The notes: generated from the sequence alone by a model not told the origin. Counted from the first letter of the stretch, positions 8,851-19,076 are shown. The stretch: DNA of 64,000 bases from an uncultured Nitrospiraceae bacterium (GCA_963730935.1 CAVSTP010000004.1:1024001-1088000), one strand, 5' to 3'. Numbers and translations are program-made.

Positions 8851-11022
8851 CTACGTCCCTTGTACCACAATCCGAGAAAAGTCCGCGAACGACGTAAAAC
8901 ACTCCTTGACGTCCTTTAATAAGGACAATCGGTTGCCCCGCAGCGCTGCATCCTCCACATTCACCATGACGTTGGTAAAAAAAGCGTCAATGGCTGGCTT
9001 GAGCCCAACCAACGCCTCCAGCGCCTTGTCGTACCGTCCTTCAGCCATTTCCCGGTGGACATCCGCCCGGCAGACGCCGACCCGGCGGTGCAAGTCGCTT
9101 TCAGAAGGATCCTGAAACCGATCTGGATCGACGGGCCCGGATTCCCACTGTTCCTTCTCGACGATCCGGGAGGCCCGCTTGAACCCGACGATCAGCGGAT
9201 CGAAGTCCGGCTTGGCCGTCACCGCCTGCATCGCCTTCATCTTCAGCAATAGATCGACCAGATCGATTACGCCGGCCGAGGCGGCTCTCAACACGGCATC
9301 CATCACGTCATCCCGGAAGGCGTGCACGGTCCGGCCGTAGTGACGTACGCGCTCAAACAGAAAGTCCACAATGCGCTGACGGCCCTGCTGCGGGGAATCA
9401 GCCATCCCCTTGATGCCGCTGTCGACAAGCAGATTTATGGCGTGATCGACGAACTCACCGACGTTCACGCGAAGGTCTTTCTCCAACATAATGCGCACAA
9501 CGGCGGTCGCATGACGTCGCAGGGCAAAGGGATCCTCGGATCCGCTCGGAATCATCCCGACATGAAAAAACGCCGCGATGGTATCCAAGCGGTCAGCCAG
9601 CGACAAGACCGTTCCGGTCGGAGAGCGTGGCAATTCACCCTCGAGCGCCTTCGGCAGGTACTGTTCGCGGATGGCCTGGCTCACGGCCTCCGACTCTCCG
9701 TCATGCTTGGCATACTCGCCGCCCATGATACCCTGCAGTTCAGGGAATTCGCCGACGATGCCTGTCAGGAGATCGGCCTTACTGAGATGCGCAGCACTAC
9801 GGCATTCATTCAGAAAGTCAGGACTCGAGGGTTGAGGGTAAAGCGCCGGTGCGAGCAAGGAGACCAGTTTGACGAGACGCTCTGCTTTTTGGCCCATCGT
9901 GCCCAGTTTTTGATGGAAGGTGACGCCGCCCAGCTTCTTGACCCGCTCTTCAAGCCGCGTTTTTCGGTCTTCATCGAAGAAAAACTTGGCGTCGGCCAGC
10001 CTGGCAGCTAGTACGCGCTCGTTGCCGGCTTGAATCAGCGACATGTCTTTCAATTGATTGTTCGCCACGGCCACAAAATGGGGAGCCAGTTCTCCGGTCT
10101 TCCCGTCCCGCACGGAGAAGAATCCCTGGTGCTCCTTCATCGACGTCATCAAAATGTCCGCCGGAACCGTAAGGTATTCGGTCTTGAAATTGCCGAGCAG
10201 CGCGAAAGGCCATTCGGTGGTAAATACCGCCTGGTCGAGCAGTGATTCGTCGGGATTGAGACTGACTCCATTCTTGGCACAGATCCGATTGACCTGATCC
10301 TGGATCACCCGCCTCCGCTGCATCGGATCCACCATGACGCCGGCCCGTTCCAGCGCTTCTCGATAGGACTCATAATTCCGCACGGAAATCGGCCCGCCTC
10401 TTCCCATGACCCTATGGCCGTGGGTTCGATTTCCCGCCTTGATGCCCGCCGCTTCCATCGGTACAACGGCTCCATCGAACAGGGCCAGGAGCCAGCGCAC
10501 CGGCCGCGCAAACCGGACAGCCGCCTCATTCCATTTCATCGCTTTGGGGAAGGAGAGTTGCCCGATAAGCAGGTGAAGGAGCTCCAACAAGACGGTTTTG
10601 GCCGCTCTGCCGGCGTCCTCCTTGACGGCGAACAGGTACTCCCCTTTCGGAGTCTGACGCACCTGCAGGTTTTCCACGGACAGCCCTTGACCTGCGGCAA
10701 ATCCGATCGCTGCCTTTGTCGGCCGTCCCTGTGGATCGAACCCCACCGACCTTGAGGGGCCCATGACCTCCTTTTTGATCCCCGTTTGATGGAGAGCGAG
10801 ATTTTCCACGACCAGGACGAGCCTTCGAGGCGTGCCATAGGTTGCAATCGTTCCTGAGGAGAGTCTGGCCTCTTCAAAAAGGCGCGCGGCCGCAACTCGC
10901 AATGAGACGAGGGTGGGAGCGATGAATTGATAAGGCAGCTCCTCGACACCGATTTCCAGCAGCAATTCCGCGCCTCGGGTCCGGGTTTCCGATCGGCTCA
11001 CTCGTCGGCCGGTACGCTTCAT
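8851..11022 (-). CDS. glyS: Glycine-tRNA ligase beta subunit
   Basis: [54 protein letters not shown]. Confidence 0.97.
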   Translation of the reverse strand: MKRTGRRVSRSETRTRGAELLLEIGVEELPYQFIAPTLVSLRVAAARLFEEARLSSGTIATYGTPRRLVLVVENLALHQTGIKKEVMGPSRSVGFDPQGRPTKAAIGFAAGQGLSVENLQVRQTPKGEYLFAVKEDAGRAAKTVLLELLHLLIGQLSFPKAMKWNEAAVRFARPVRWLLALFDGAVVPMEAAGIKAGNRTHGHRVMGRGGPISVRNYESYREALERAGVMVDPMQRRRVIQDQVNRICAKNGVSLNPDESLLDQAVFTTEWPFALLGNFKTEYLTVPADILMTSMKEHQGFFSVRDGKTGELAPHFVAVANNQLKDMSLIQAGNERVLAARLADAKFFFDEDRKTRLEERVKKLGGVTFHQKLGTMGQKAERLVKLVSLLAPALYPQPSSPDFLNECRSAAHLSKADLLTGIVGEFPELQGIMGGEYAKHDGESEAVSQAIREQYLPKALEGELPRSPTGTVLSLADRLDTIAAFFHVGMIPSGSEDPFALRRHATAVVRIMLEKDLRVNVGEFVDHAINLLVDSGIKGMADSPQQGRQRIVDFLFERVRHYGRTVHAFRDDVMDAVLRAASAGVIDLVDLLLKMKAMQAVTAKPDFDPLIVGFKRASRIVEKEQWESGPVDPDRFQDPSESDLHRRVGVCRADVHREMAEGRYDKALEALVGLKPAIDAFFTNVMVNVEDAALRGNRLSLLKDVKECFTSFADFSRIVVQGT

Positions 11023-11951
11023 CGAGAGGCCCTTTTGACAACGTCGCGAGCGCGGGTTCGTACAGGACTCTCCTCTCGTCCAAGGAGCGGATGCCCCATT
11101 GCCGCGCGCTCTTCGATGTACCGCTCAGCGCATTGTCTTGCTAATGCGCGCACGCGGGCGATGTAGCCGGTGCGCTCGGCGACACTGATGGCTCCCCTCG
11201 CATCGAGCAGATTGAACACATGGGATGCCTTGATGCAGTAGTCGTACGCCGGGAGCGTCAAGCGTTGATCGGTGCGCGCTAATAGGCGCTTGCATTCGGC
11301 TTCGTGGGATTGGAAGGCATTCATCAGCATCGCCACGTCAGCCTGTTCAAAGTTATAGCGGGAGAACTGCACTTCGGTTTCGTGATGGATGTCGCCGTAG
11401 GTGATCTTGTCCGTCCAAGCGAGGTCGAAGACGTTGTTGACCTGCTGCAGGTACATTGCGATGCGTTCGGTGCCGTACGTAATTTCTCCGGTGATCGGGC
11501 TCAGCTCGATGCCGCCGATTTCCTGGAAGTAGGTGAATTGGGTGATTTCCATTCCGTCCAGTCGGACCTCCCACCCTAATCCCCAGGCTCCCAGCGTGGG
11601 CGACTCCCAATCGTCTTGGATGAACCTAATGTCATGCTGCTTCGGATTGATGCCCAAGCGCGTGAGACTTTCCAGGTAAAGCTCCTGAATATCGTCGGGC
11701 GCGGGCTTGAGCACCACCTGATATTGGTAGTAGTGCTGCATGCGGTTGGGATTTTCGCCGTACCGGCCGTCAGTCGGCCGACGGCAGGGCTGCACATAGG
11801 CCGAGCGCCAGGGTTCCGGCCCGAGCGACCGAAGAAACGTCGCAGGGTGAAAGGTGCCGGCCCCCATTTCGACATCGTAGGGTTGATGGACCACACAACC
11901 CTGGTCGGCCCAGAACCGATGTAACGTGAGGATGAGTTCCTGGAAGGTCAC
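11019..11951 (-). CDS. glyQ: Glycine-tRNA ligase alpha subunit
   Basis: [51 protein letters not shown]; start set to GTG 11951. Confidence 0.97.
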   Translation of the reverse strand: MTFQELILTLHRFWADQGCVVHQPYDVEMGAGTFHPATFLRSLGPEPWRSAYVQPCRRPTDGRYGENPNRMQHYYQYQVVLKPAPDDIQELYLESLTRLGINPKQHDIRFIQDDWESPTLGAWGLGWEVRLDGMEITQFTYFQEIGGIELSPITGEITYGTERIAMYLQQVNNVFDLAWTDKITYGDIHHETEVQFSRYNFEQADVAMLMNAFQSHEAECKRLLARTDQRLTLPAYDYCIKASHVFNLLDARGAISVAERTGYIARVRALARQCAERYIEERAAMGHPLLGREESPVRTRARDVVKRASR

Positions 11952-12001
11952 GAACAATCCAGCCGTCGTTCGGGCAGTTCGACTTGAAAAAATGGAGTCA
12001 G

Positions 12002-12031
12002 AAGCTAGCAGGAACCGCTCTAGACTGTCAA
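12002..12031 (-). promoter_or_regulatory. sigma70 promoter for the glyQS-ppdK operon
   Basis: Minus strand TTGACA (12031-12026), 18 nt, TAGCTT with extended TGn. Confidence 0.55.
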
Positions 12032-12078
12032 GAAACCGCCGGAGATCAAGGAGTTGCAGCGGAGCCATGGAAATGCGC

Positions 12079-12137
12079 TTGACGGCATGGTGATGGCTCA
12101 TCTAATGTTCGTATTCTTGATTAACACAGTCGGTAAT
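12079..12137 (+). promoter_or_regulatory. sigma70 promoter and IscR-type-1-like Rrf2 operator
   Basis: TTGACG (12079), TCTAAT (12101), then ATTCTTGATTAACACAGTCGGTAAT (12113-12137), an imperfect palindrome resembling ATASYYGACTRwwwYAGTCRRSTAT. Confidence 0.6.
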
Positions 12138-12150
12138 AGAGTTCCCGCCG

Positions 12151-12585
12151 ATGAAGTTGTCCAAGAAAAGTGAGTACGCGCTACGTGCCTTGTTGGAATT
12201 AACGATGGCGCATGGCAAGACGACATTGCAGCGTCATGAGATTGCCGCTCGTCAGCATATCCCCGTAGAATTTTTGGAGCAGATCCTGCTGGCCTTGAAA
12301 CGCGCGGGCTTGCTGTCGAGCCGGCGCGGAATGAAAGGCGGCTATGGGCTGATCAAATCTCCGAATCAGATCACGCTCGGCCAGGTTATCCGGATCCTCG
12401 ACGGTCCGCTTGCACCCATCGGGTGCGTCAGTAAGACTGCCTATCAAAAATGTCGGGATTGCCCCTATTCCGACAATCCTCAATGTCCGGTTCAGCACGT
12501 CATGGGAACGGTCCGGGACGCAATTTCAGGCATCTTGGACCACTACACCCTCGCTGATTTTGCAGCAGGATCTCATCAGGGGTGA
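12151..12585 (+). CDS. Rrf2-family transcriptional regulator (IscR/CymR-like, Cys-containing)
   Basis: MKLSKKSEYALRAL, FLEQIL, S.RG..GGY; C-x8-C-x2-C-x7-C near the C-terminus. Confidence 0.93.
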   Translation: MKLSKKSEYALRALLELTMAHGKTTLQRHEIAARQHIPVEFLEQILLALKRAGLLSSRRGMKGGYGLIKSPNQITLGQVIRILDGPLAPIGCVSKTAYQKCRDCPYSDNPQCPVQHVMGTVRDAISGILDHYTLADFAAGSHQG

Positions 12586-12631
12586 CTCATCGAGGGGCTC
12601 TGTGCTCGTCCGGCCCTGGCTGAGCCCACTC

Positions 12632-12824
12632 ATTCATTACGGGACGCAATCGCCGGGTTCCCCCAGGATCTTGTGCATACGCCGAGTCTGTTTTTTCATC
12701 CACGCCCACAGCCACCGTGGACGGCCTGGCGGCGAACATGACCTATTACTTCGCAGTGAGTTCGTACAATGGGCTCCAGAGTACCTGCTCGATCGAATTA
12801 ACGCGCGTGACCGACGCCGCGTAG
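12632..12824 (+). pseudogene. Fibronectin type III domain remnant (frameshifted, 5'-truncated)
   Basis: IHYGTQSPGS, +1 shift in a C5 run at 12660-12664, then GSCAYAESVFSSTPTATVDGLAANMTYYFAVSSYNGLQSTCSIE..TAG; GL...T.YYFAV..YN is the FN3 E-F strand signature. Confidence 0.7.
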
Positions 12825-12862
12825 CGGGCGGGTGTCCGCGCCAGGACCCTCCTTCAACTTCA

Positions 12863-12892
12863 TTGACTCTTTCGCCCTCGGTTTGCTAGCTT
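12863..12892 (+). promoter_or_regulatory. sigma70 promoter for transketolase
   Basis: TTGACT, 18 nt, TAGCTT with extended TGn; same -10 as the glyQ promoter. Confidence 0.5.
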
Positions 12893-12971
12893 CGAATTCT
12901 ACACGCTTCAAGCTCCGTCCCTCCCGAGGAGGACCGCTTTTTGCGATTTCCGTTCCCATACAAGGAGCACC

Positions 12972-14837
12972 ATGTCTGGATCCAAATCATCCAACGAACA
13001 ACTTGCCGCAATTCGGAACGCCGCAACCCACTTGCGCATGGAGAGCGTACGATCGACTAGTGCCGCCGGCAGCGGCCACCCTTCGAGCTGTTGCTCCGCC
13101 GCCGACATCGTTGCCGCCCTGTTCTTCTCCGTGATGCGCTACGACCCGAAGAATCCGAAAGCTCCAAACAGTGATCGGTTCGTTCTCTCGAAAGGGCATG
13201 CCGCTCCACTGCTCTACGCAGCCTGGGCCGAGGCCGGGCTCTTTCCGAAAGAGGACTTGCTGAAATTGCGGACACTCCACTCCGATCTGGAGGGACATCC
13301 CACGCCCCGCCTTCCATTTGTGGACATGGCCACCGGTTCGCTGGGACAGGGCCTGCCCGTCGGCGTGGGTATCGCGTTGAGCGCGAAGTACGTGGACAAG
13401 GTGGATCATCGCACCTTCGTGTTGATGGGCGACGGAGAATCCGTCGAGGGGTCGAATTGGGAGGCAATTGAGGCCGCACGACAGCAGCAGTTGGATAATC
13501 TCTGCGCCATCGTGGACATCAACCGCCTGGGTCAAAGCGATCCCACGATGTTACAGCACGACATGGAGGCCTACCGGGGTCGCTGGTCGGCATTTGGCTG
13601 GCATGCTTTGGTCGTAGACGGACACGATCTGCCTGCCCTGCTCGACGCATTTGAGGAAGCCGCTCGGACGAAGCACAAGCCGACGGTCCTTCTCGCCAGG
13701 ACATTAAAGGGCAAAGGCATCTCGTCCATAGAAGATCAGCCCAACTGGCACGGAAAGCCGATTCCGCAAGGCGCCGAGATGCAAAAGGCCATAGACGAGC
13801 TGACGCACCAACTCCAGCCGAATGGCACAGCACCTATCATTCGGCGTCCCTCCGCCCCTCAGGCTGAAAAGCCAGTGATTAAGCCGTTGCCGGCCCCCAC
13901 GTACAAGGTGGGTGACTCGGTCGCGACGCGCGAAGCGTTCGGCGTCGCCCTGGAAGCGCTGGGCGAGGTCAATCCGCTGGTCGTTGCGTTGGACGCGGAC
14001 GTCAAGAATTCTACCTACACGGAAAAGTTCGGCAAGAAATTCACCAACCGGTTTTTCGAAAACTTCATCGCCGAACAAAACATGCTCGGCGCAGCAGCCG
14101 GCTTAGCCGCTTGCGGGAAAATCCCGTTCGCAGCGACATTCGCCGCGTTCTTTACTCGGGCGTACGACTTCATCCGCATGGCCGCGATCAGCCAGTCCAA
14201 CATCAAGCTGGTAGGGACGCATGTGGGGGTCAGCATCGGCGAAGACGGCCCATCCCAAATGGGCCTCGAAGATATCGCGATGATGGCCACGCAACCAGAC
14301 ATCACCGTGCTCTACCCGTCGGACGGGACCTGCACGTATCGCCTAGTCGAGGCAGCGGCCAATCACAAAGGCATGGTCTATCTACGCGCAGGCCGACCGA
14401 AATCGCCGATCCTCTATGGACCGGAGGAACAATTCCCGATTGGCGGATCCAAGGTGCTGCGCCAGAGCGCAAGCGACGCGCTTACGATCGTTGCGGCGGG
14501 CGTGACGCTTTTCGAAGCACTCAAAGCCTACGACAAACTCAAGACGACCGGCATCTTGGTCCGAATCATCGATCTGTACAGCATCGTCCCGATCGACCGC
14601 ACGACCCTGCTCGAAAGCGCGTCGGCGACGCATGGACGACTGCTGACGGTCGAAGATCATTATGCGCACGGTGGGTTGGGCGATGCCGTGCTCGACGCCG
14701 TCGGGTCCGAAGGCGTTCGAGTCCATAAGCTCGCCGTGCGGGCCATTCCGCACAGCGGCAAACCGGACGAGCTCATCGACCATTATGGCATTGGAGCGCG
14801 ATCCATTGTCGAAGCGACTCAACACATCATCAAGTAA
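12972..14837 (+). CDS. tkt: Transketolase (short type)
   Basis: SGHP, DRFVLSKGHA, GSLGQG, TPP motif GDGE..EG..WE, IAEQNM, GEDGPSQ; SD AAGGAG. Confidence 0.95.
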   Translation: MSGSKSSNEQLAAIRNAATHLRMESVRSTSAAGSGHPSSCCSAADIVAALFFSVMRYDPKNPKAPNSDRFVLSKGHAAPLLYAAWAEAGLFPKEDLLKLRTLHSDLEGHPTPRLPFVDMATGSLGQGLPVGVGIALSAKYVDKVDHRTFVLMGDGESVEGSNWEAIEAARQQQLDNLCAIVDINRLGQSDPTMLQHDMEAYRGRWSAFGWHALVVDGHDLPALLDAFEEAARTKHKPTVLLARTLKGKGISSIEDQPNWHGKPIPQGAEMQKAIDELTHQLQPNGTAPIIRRPSAPQAEKPVIKPLPAPTYKVGDSVATREAFGVALEALGEVNPLVVALDADVKNSTYTEKFGKKFTNRFFENFIAEQNMLGAAAGLAACGKIPFAATFAAFFTRAYDFIRMAAISQSNIKLVGTHVGVSIGEDGPSQMGLEDIAMMATQPDITVLYPSDGTCTYRLVEAAANHKGMVYLRAGRPKSPILYGPEEQFPIGGSKVLRQSASDALTIVAAGVTLFEALKAYDKLKTTGILVRIIDLYSIVPIDRTTLLESASATHGRLLTVEDHYAHGGLGDAVLDAVGSEGVRVHKLAVRAIPHSGKPDELIDHYGIGARSIVEATQHIIK

Positions 14838-14862
14838 ACGGCCCGACGTTTCGACCGACAGT

Positions 14863-15534
14863 TTGCTTGACCACGTACCCTTGCTCAATATTCTGAGCCC
14901 GCAAGATCGTCAACGCATTCTCCCAGAACTGTCGGAAACCCGTTACGGGAAGGACGACTTCATCTTTCGTGAAGGCGATCCGACCGAATATTTTCACATC
15001 GTCAAAGAAGGCACGGTCAAATGCGTGAAATCCACGGCGAATGGCAAGGAGTGCACGCTGAAAATGCTGATGCCCGGTGATCTGTTCTGCTGCGATGCAG
15101 CGGCCTTCGACGGCGGCTGCCATCCAGGCACGGCACAGCCCATGGGAAACGTGAGCATTCTCCGCATGCATCGCAAGGCTTATTTTGACATGCTGAAGCG
15201 CAACCCCGACGCGGCCATGGAAGTGATTAAGTACCTGGGAAATCGGCTCAACGAAGCGCAGGAAAAAGCCAAAATTCTTGCACTGGACCGTGCCGATCAA
15301 CGGTTGGCGGCGCTCTTAGCCGATCTCGGGGCAAGAAACGGCGTCAAGGAAACTCAGGGCGTCAGGCTGCCCATGCGATTAACCAGACAAGATATGGCGA
15401 ATATGATCGGTGCCACCACGGAAACCGTGATCCGCATCATGAGCCGGTTCAAACGTGCACGTCTGGTCTCCGGCACCGCTAATCGTCTCGTGATCTTGAA
15501 CCTCCAACAACTCAAAGCCTTCGCCTCCGGCTAG
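14863..15534 (+). CDS. Crp/Fnr-family transcriptional regulator (start uncertain)
   Basis: cNMP-type sensing domain (IFREGD..EYFHIVKEG.VK), HTH LTRQDMANMIGATTETVIR; TTG 14863 is the first plausible start after the tkt stop. Confidence 0.9.
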   Translation: MLDHVPLLNILSPQDRQRILPELSETRYGKDDFIFREGDPTEYFHIVKEGTVKCVKSTANGKECTLKMLMPGDLFCCDAAAFDGGCHPGTAQPMGNVSILRMHRKAYFDMLKRNPDAAMEVIKYLGNRLNEAQEKAKILALDRADQRLAALLADLGARNGVKETQGVRLPMRLTRQDMANMIGATTETVIRIMSRFKRARLVSGTANRLVILNLQQLKAFASG

Positions 15535-15565
15535 CCTCCTGGAGCCTTTTCTTCAGGTTTTTCCT

Positions 15566-15613
15566 AAAACATGACATTCGTCATGTTTTTATGCTTGCAC
15601 CTGCGAGTATCCT
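15566..15613 (+). promoter_or_regulatory. Crp/Fnr-type operator and class II promoter of nirK
   Basis: Perfect palindrome AAAACATGAC-ATTC-GTCATGTTTT (15566-15589, TGA-N6-TCA core) with TATCCT -10 at 15608-15613. Confidence 0.7.
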
Positions 15614-15696
15614 CCGCCAGATCCCTCGTAATGCGAACTTTGGGATGGGATGGTTCACGCGATCGCTGCTTTCAATTTCAAGAGGAGACAATCCAT

Positions 15697-16665
15697 ATGT
15701 TCACGGCCCACGCATTTCGCAATCTTGTGCTTGCCACAGGACTGGCAACGATCACTTCCACTGTGGCCTTTGCCAAGACCCATGAAGTGTCCATGACCGC
15801 AGTCGAATCCGATATTGTCATCGAGGGGAGCGGTGACAAATATGCCGCGTGGACCTTCGACGGCCAAATGCCCGGACCCGTCGTGAGGGTGACGGAGGGG
15901 GACACGATCAAGTTCACGTTGACGAATCCTGCAACCAATAAAAATCCACACGCCATGGATTTTCATGCGGCGGAAATCGATTTTCTCAAGAATTATCGGG
16001 CGGTCAATACCGGAGAAACGATCAGCTACACCTTCGTCGCGAAGAAGCCGGGAGTGTTCTTCTATCACTGCGGCGCCCCACCCATGATCCAGCACGTCGC
16101 CCGAGGCATGTTCGGCGCCATCATCGTCGATCCCAAGAACCCCAAGGCATGGCCAAAGGCCGATCGGGAATATGTGCTGGTGCAATCGGAATATTTCAAA
16201 AATCCTGACGACCTCCAGAGCATGTTCGATCGAAAATTCGACGGCGTCATGTTCAACGGCGGGATTTTCAAGTATCACCCCTTTGTGTCAGGCGGTGGAA
16301 AATTGGACGCAAAACCGGGCGAACGTGTACGGATTTATTTCGTCAATGCAGGGCCGAACGAGTTTTCGGCATTCCATCCCATCGGCGAGATCTGGGACAA
16401 CGTCTATGAAAGCGGCAATCCGGCCAACAAGCTCACGGGCGTCCAAACCTACGTGGTGGGACCGGGAAGCGCGGCAACGTTCGATGTCGTCGTCGAATCA
16501 GCCGGCGCCTATCCGTTGGTCACCCATTCGTTGACCGCTGCGCTGCGCGGCGCGATTGCCGTGCTCGTCGCATCCCCCGATGCCAAATCACAGGCACTCA
16601 TGCCGATGGTGCCTTGGAAGGTCTCTGTTCCACAGACTGAAATCACACCGGTGCCCGGCCATTAG
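15697..16665 (+). CDS. nirK: Copper-containing nitrite reductase
   Basis: Signal peptide; HAMDFH, YHC, HVARGM, FHPIG, VTHS give all type 1/type 2 Cu ligands plus catalytic Asp/His; SD AGAGGAG before ATG 15697. Confidence 0.93.
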   Translation: MFTAHAFRNLVLATGLATITSTVAFAKTHEVSMTAVESDIVIEGSGDKYAAWTFDGQMPGPVVRVTEGDTIKFTLTNPATNKNPHAMDFHAAEIDFLKNYRAVNTGETISYTFVAKKPGVFFYHCGAPPMIQHVARGMFGAIIVDPKNPKAWPKADREYVLVQSEYFKNPDDLQSMFDRKFDGVMFNGGIFKYHPFVSGGGKLDAKPGERVRIYFVNAGPNEFSAFHPIGEIWDNVYESGNPANKLTGVQTYVVGPGSAATFDVVVESAGAYPLVTHSLTAALRGAIAVLVASPDAKSQALMPMVPWKVSVPQTEITPVPGH

Positions 16666-16693
16666 ACGGCGGACATCGACAACAGCTACCCCT

Positions 16694-17050
16694 ATGCTGC
16701 GTTCCGGCCTCGCTGCTTGGATGATCTCACTCTGGGTCGTTCTCTCGAGCAACGAGGCCTTCGCACTGGAACGTGCCGCCCTCGCGCTGTCCGGCCCGGA
16801 CTGCCGTCTGTCGCACCAGGCCATCATCGAGAGGCTGGAGCGCCTCGAGGGAGTCACAAGGGTGGAGGCGGAGACGATTCCCGATCATCTCCTGGTCGAT
16901 CACGATGGTCTGCATCGCACAGGAGAAGAGCTTGCCGGCTTCGTGAACGGAGTGGCTGCCCTGCAGGGTCGTTGCCGAGCAGCGGTGATGCAGTCCTGCA
17001 TCACCGCAGGCGCCGGACCCGGCGGGGCGCGTCTCGTGCCCGAACGGTAG
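16694..17050 (+). CDS. Exported HMA-like (ferredoxin-fold) protein
   Basis: Signal peptide ending AFA; L.LSGPDC...IIERLERLEGV..V HMA-like pattern; C-terminal C-x7-C. Confidence 0.6.
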   Translation: MLRSGLAAWMISLWVVLSSNEAFALERAALALSGPDCRLSHQAIIERLERLEGVTRVEAETIPDHLLVDHDGLHRTGEELAGFVNGVAALQGRCRAAVMQSCITAGAGPGGARLVPER

Positions 17051-17052
17051 GA

Positions 17053-17367
17053 TCAATACACGACCGCCGGGCGTTTCCCTTGAACGATCAGCATCATCCG
17101 CTCTCGCTTGAGCGGACGCTCTGGATCGCGTGTGTAGTGGGAAAAATCCTCCGAGACTTCGAGAGCGCTCAAGGGAAGTGTGATCTCCTGGCGCATATGC
17201 GGGACGGCCGTGTCCAGCGAAAGAGACACGACTTGATCGGTGCAGGCAGTGACCTCGGCGCTGAGATCGCGCTGATCGTCGAATTGGACGGTGATCCGCT
17301 CCTCCGGATCGATCCACTTTCTGATAGCCGCGGCCTTCTGTTCGTTGCTGTTTCCTTCACCCTCCAT
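17053..17367 (-). CDS. Hypothetical protein (104 aa)
   Basis: Strong SD AAGGAGAG overlapping the upstream stop; globular-like composition. Confidence 0.75.
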   Translation of the reverse strand: MEGEGNSNEQKAAAIRKWIDPEERITVQFDDQRDLSAEVTACTDQVVSLSLDTAVPHMRQEITLPLSALEVSEDFSHYTRDPERPLKRERMMLIVQGKRPAVVY

Positions 17368-17375
17368 AACTCTCC

Positions 17376-17894
17376 TTATGCCGCACGGTAGGTGCCCGCC
17401 TCTTTGGTTTCGACCTCGGCCACGACCCGCGAACCGATGACAGCGCCCCAGACCGTGGTGCCGAGCGAAAGAAGGCCGCCGATCGCGACGAACCAGGCAA
17501 CGGATGAGATAAGACTCAGAGCCGGCAGCGATTCGCTATCTGTGCTGATTCCCATCGTACTGGGCGGCAGGAACATCAAGATGAAGGTCAAGGCGCCCCA
17601 AAGTACCAGCCCATGAAAGATGCTTTCCACGTAGCGAGACGCATCGGCCACCCAGGCAGTGACATAGCCGCCGATGAACGAGGCGGTGATCCAAGCGAAC
17701 CCGCTCCATAACAGCAGCCCCGCCGCGGCCATACTGCCGCCGGTGTCTGTCGACTCCTGCTTTAGGAAGACGACGCCAAGACCGAACGCGGTAAGCACGA
17801 TATGAATTCCCAGCGCTACTGACAAACCGGCGACGACCGCCGGCCAGCGGAAGAGCACGATTTTGGCTCGATCACGGAACGGCAGAAAAGCCAT
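17376..17894 (-). CDS. Hypothetical four-TM membrane protein
   Basis: W.AVVAG, FIGGY, HGLVLW helices; SD GGGAGG. Confidence 0.8.
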   Translation of the reverse strand: MAFLPFRDRAKIVLFRWPAVVAGLSVALGIHIVLTAFGLGVVFLKQESTDTGGSMAAAGLLLWSGFAWITASFIGGYVTAWVADASRYVESIFHGLVLWGALTFILMFLPPSTMGISTDSESLPALSLISSVAWFVAIGGLLSLGTTVWGAVIGSRVVAEVETKEAGTYRAA

Positions 17895-18317
17895 GACAGT
17901 CCTCCCTTCTCTTCCGGAAACGCCACCAACCTCTCAAAGGTGGCAACGATGCCTCCCGCTAGCCCACTATCTACAGGAGCAGAAGGAACTCTCCTTATTC
18001 TCCACGATATCGGCCAGCCGCTCTTTGGTCACATAGGCCGATCCATAGTCGCTATAGTGGTACCCTAGGTCAGACAGGCCGCCGCCTCGGACTTCCACTA
18101 GGAATAGGAGCGCCTGCTGCCACTCGAGCGATCCGTGATCCTCGTCGCCTAGGGGTCGTGCCTCTTAGAAGAGGTGAGGGTTAGTTACCGCGTCAGTGCA
18201 GCGCGTCACAAGCGAGCCACCAGTGTCCCGCCGCCAATTGCACTGCCCTCAAGAGTCCGGCTTCTCCGTAAGGTTTTCGGATGCATCCGTGCGTCCTCTG
18301 TTACGATCGCTGACCAT

Positions 18318-18701
18318 TTAACGGCCCAACACGACGCTACGCACGGCGGCGAGCAGCTCGGGCTTGACGACTCGAGAATAAAAATCCGGGCCGATTTCCT
18401 GGGCAAGGAAGTACACTTCATCGGGAAGCGGCCGCATGATGGCGCCCGCAGCTTGACGAGCAAATCGTCGGAGCTGAGCGCATCGACACTTTCCACATAG
18501 CCTTGCCAACGGAAGTCGTAGGTGAACACGTCGTTCCACGGCGCCCGCCAGTAGAATCCGCTTTTCAACGTGTTGGTCGTGAGCCCCTTCGGTGAATGGC
18601 TACCAACGTAACCCTCGCTGGCCTGGCTGGACGGTAGTCCCGCAACCGGATTGAAGCACAAGGAGTAGGCACGCAACTAGGAAACAGCCATAACCGTTCA
18701 T
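18318..18701 (-). pseudogene. SPFH/prohibitin (band 7) lipoprotein pseudogene
   Basis: MNGYGCFLVACLLLVLQSGC-GTTVQPGQRGLRW*PFTEG / LTTNTLKSGFYWRAPWNDVFTYD..VDALSSDDLLVKLRA / AIMRPLPDEVYFLAQEIGPDFYSRVVKPELLAAVRSVV; in-frame TAG, two frameshifts, 3' truncation. Confidence 0.8.
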
Positions 18702-19076
18702 GGTGTCCTTTCTGACGACGCCTGTGGTCGCAGTGCTGAAGCGGACGACTGGACGTTCCGCCCCGCATCAAGGTGTTCTTTTGCCAATCGTACGCGATCG
18801 TCGGCGGTACGGCGGTTGGAATGCGCCAAGAGCCGGGCGCCTGACACCCAATCCGAGTCGGGGCCGAACATCCGCTCGTATAGACCACCGCGGGCGTCCA
18901 ACTCGTCGGCCTGTTGTCGGTAGCGGAAGGCTTCTTCTTAATAGTAGCGGGCGATGAGGCCCTGATCGATCGTAGCGTTGAAAGAGGCCGATCTCTTGCT
19001 CCGGCGCGGTGCAACCTGCCCAGAACCCCAGGATCAAGACGGACAGCACTGGCCAACCGAGGGTTCGACTGGTCGT
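18698..19076 (-). pseudogene. Small helical lipoprotein pseudogene
   Basis: Lipobox WAGC, then a frameshift, then LIARYY*EEAFRYRQQADELDARGGLYERMFGPDSDWVSGARLLA with in-frame TAA; start codon appears mutated (ACG); stop overlaps the SPFH ATG. Confidence 0.6.

Noticed and set aside
14662..14862. Extended 5' ends given by the ORF track (Crp/Fnr, nirK 15571, glyQ 12101, ppdK 8352, regulator 28413, PilZ 37664)
   Set aside because: They overlap neighbouring genes or promoters; downstream starts fit domain boundaries and, in most cases, an SD or a coupled stop-start.
17900..18300. Intergenic stretch with several CTAG/CCTAGG words and small hairpins as an ncRNA or operator array
   Set aside because: No consistent motif spacing or known RNA signature; part is probably decayed SPFH sequence.
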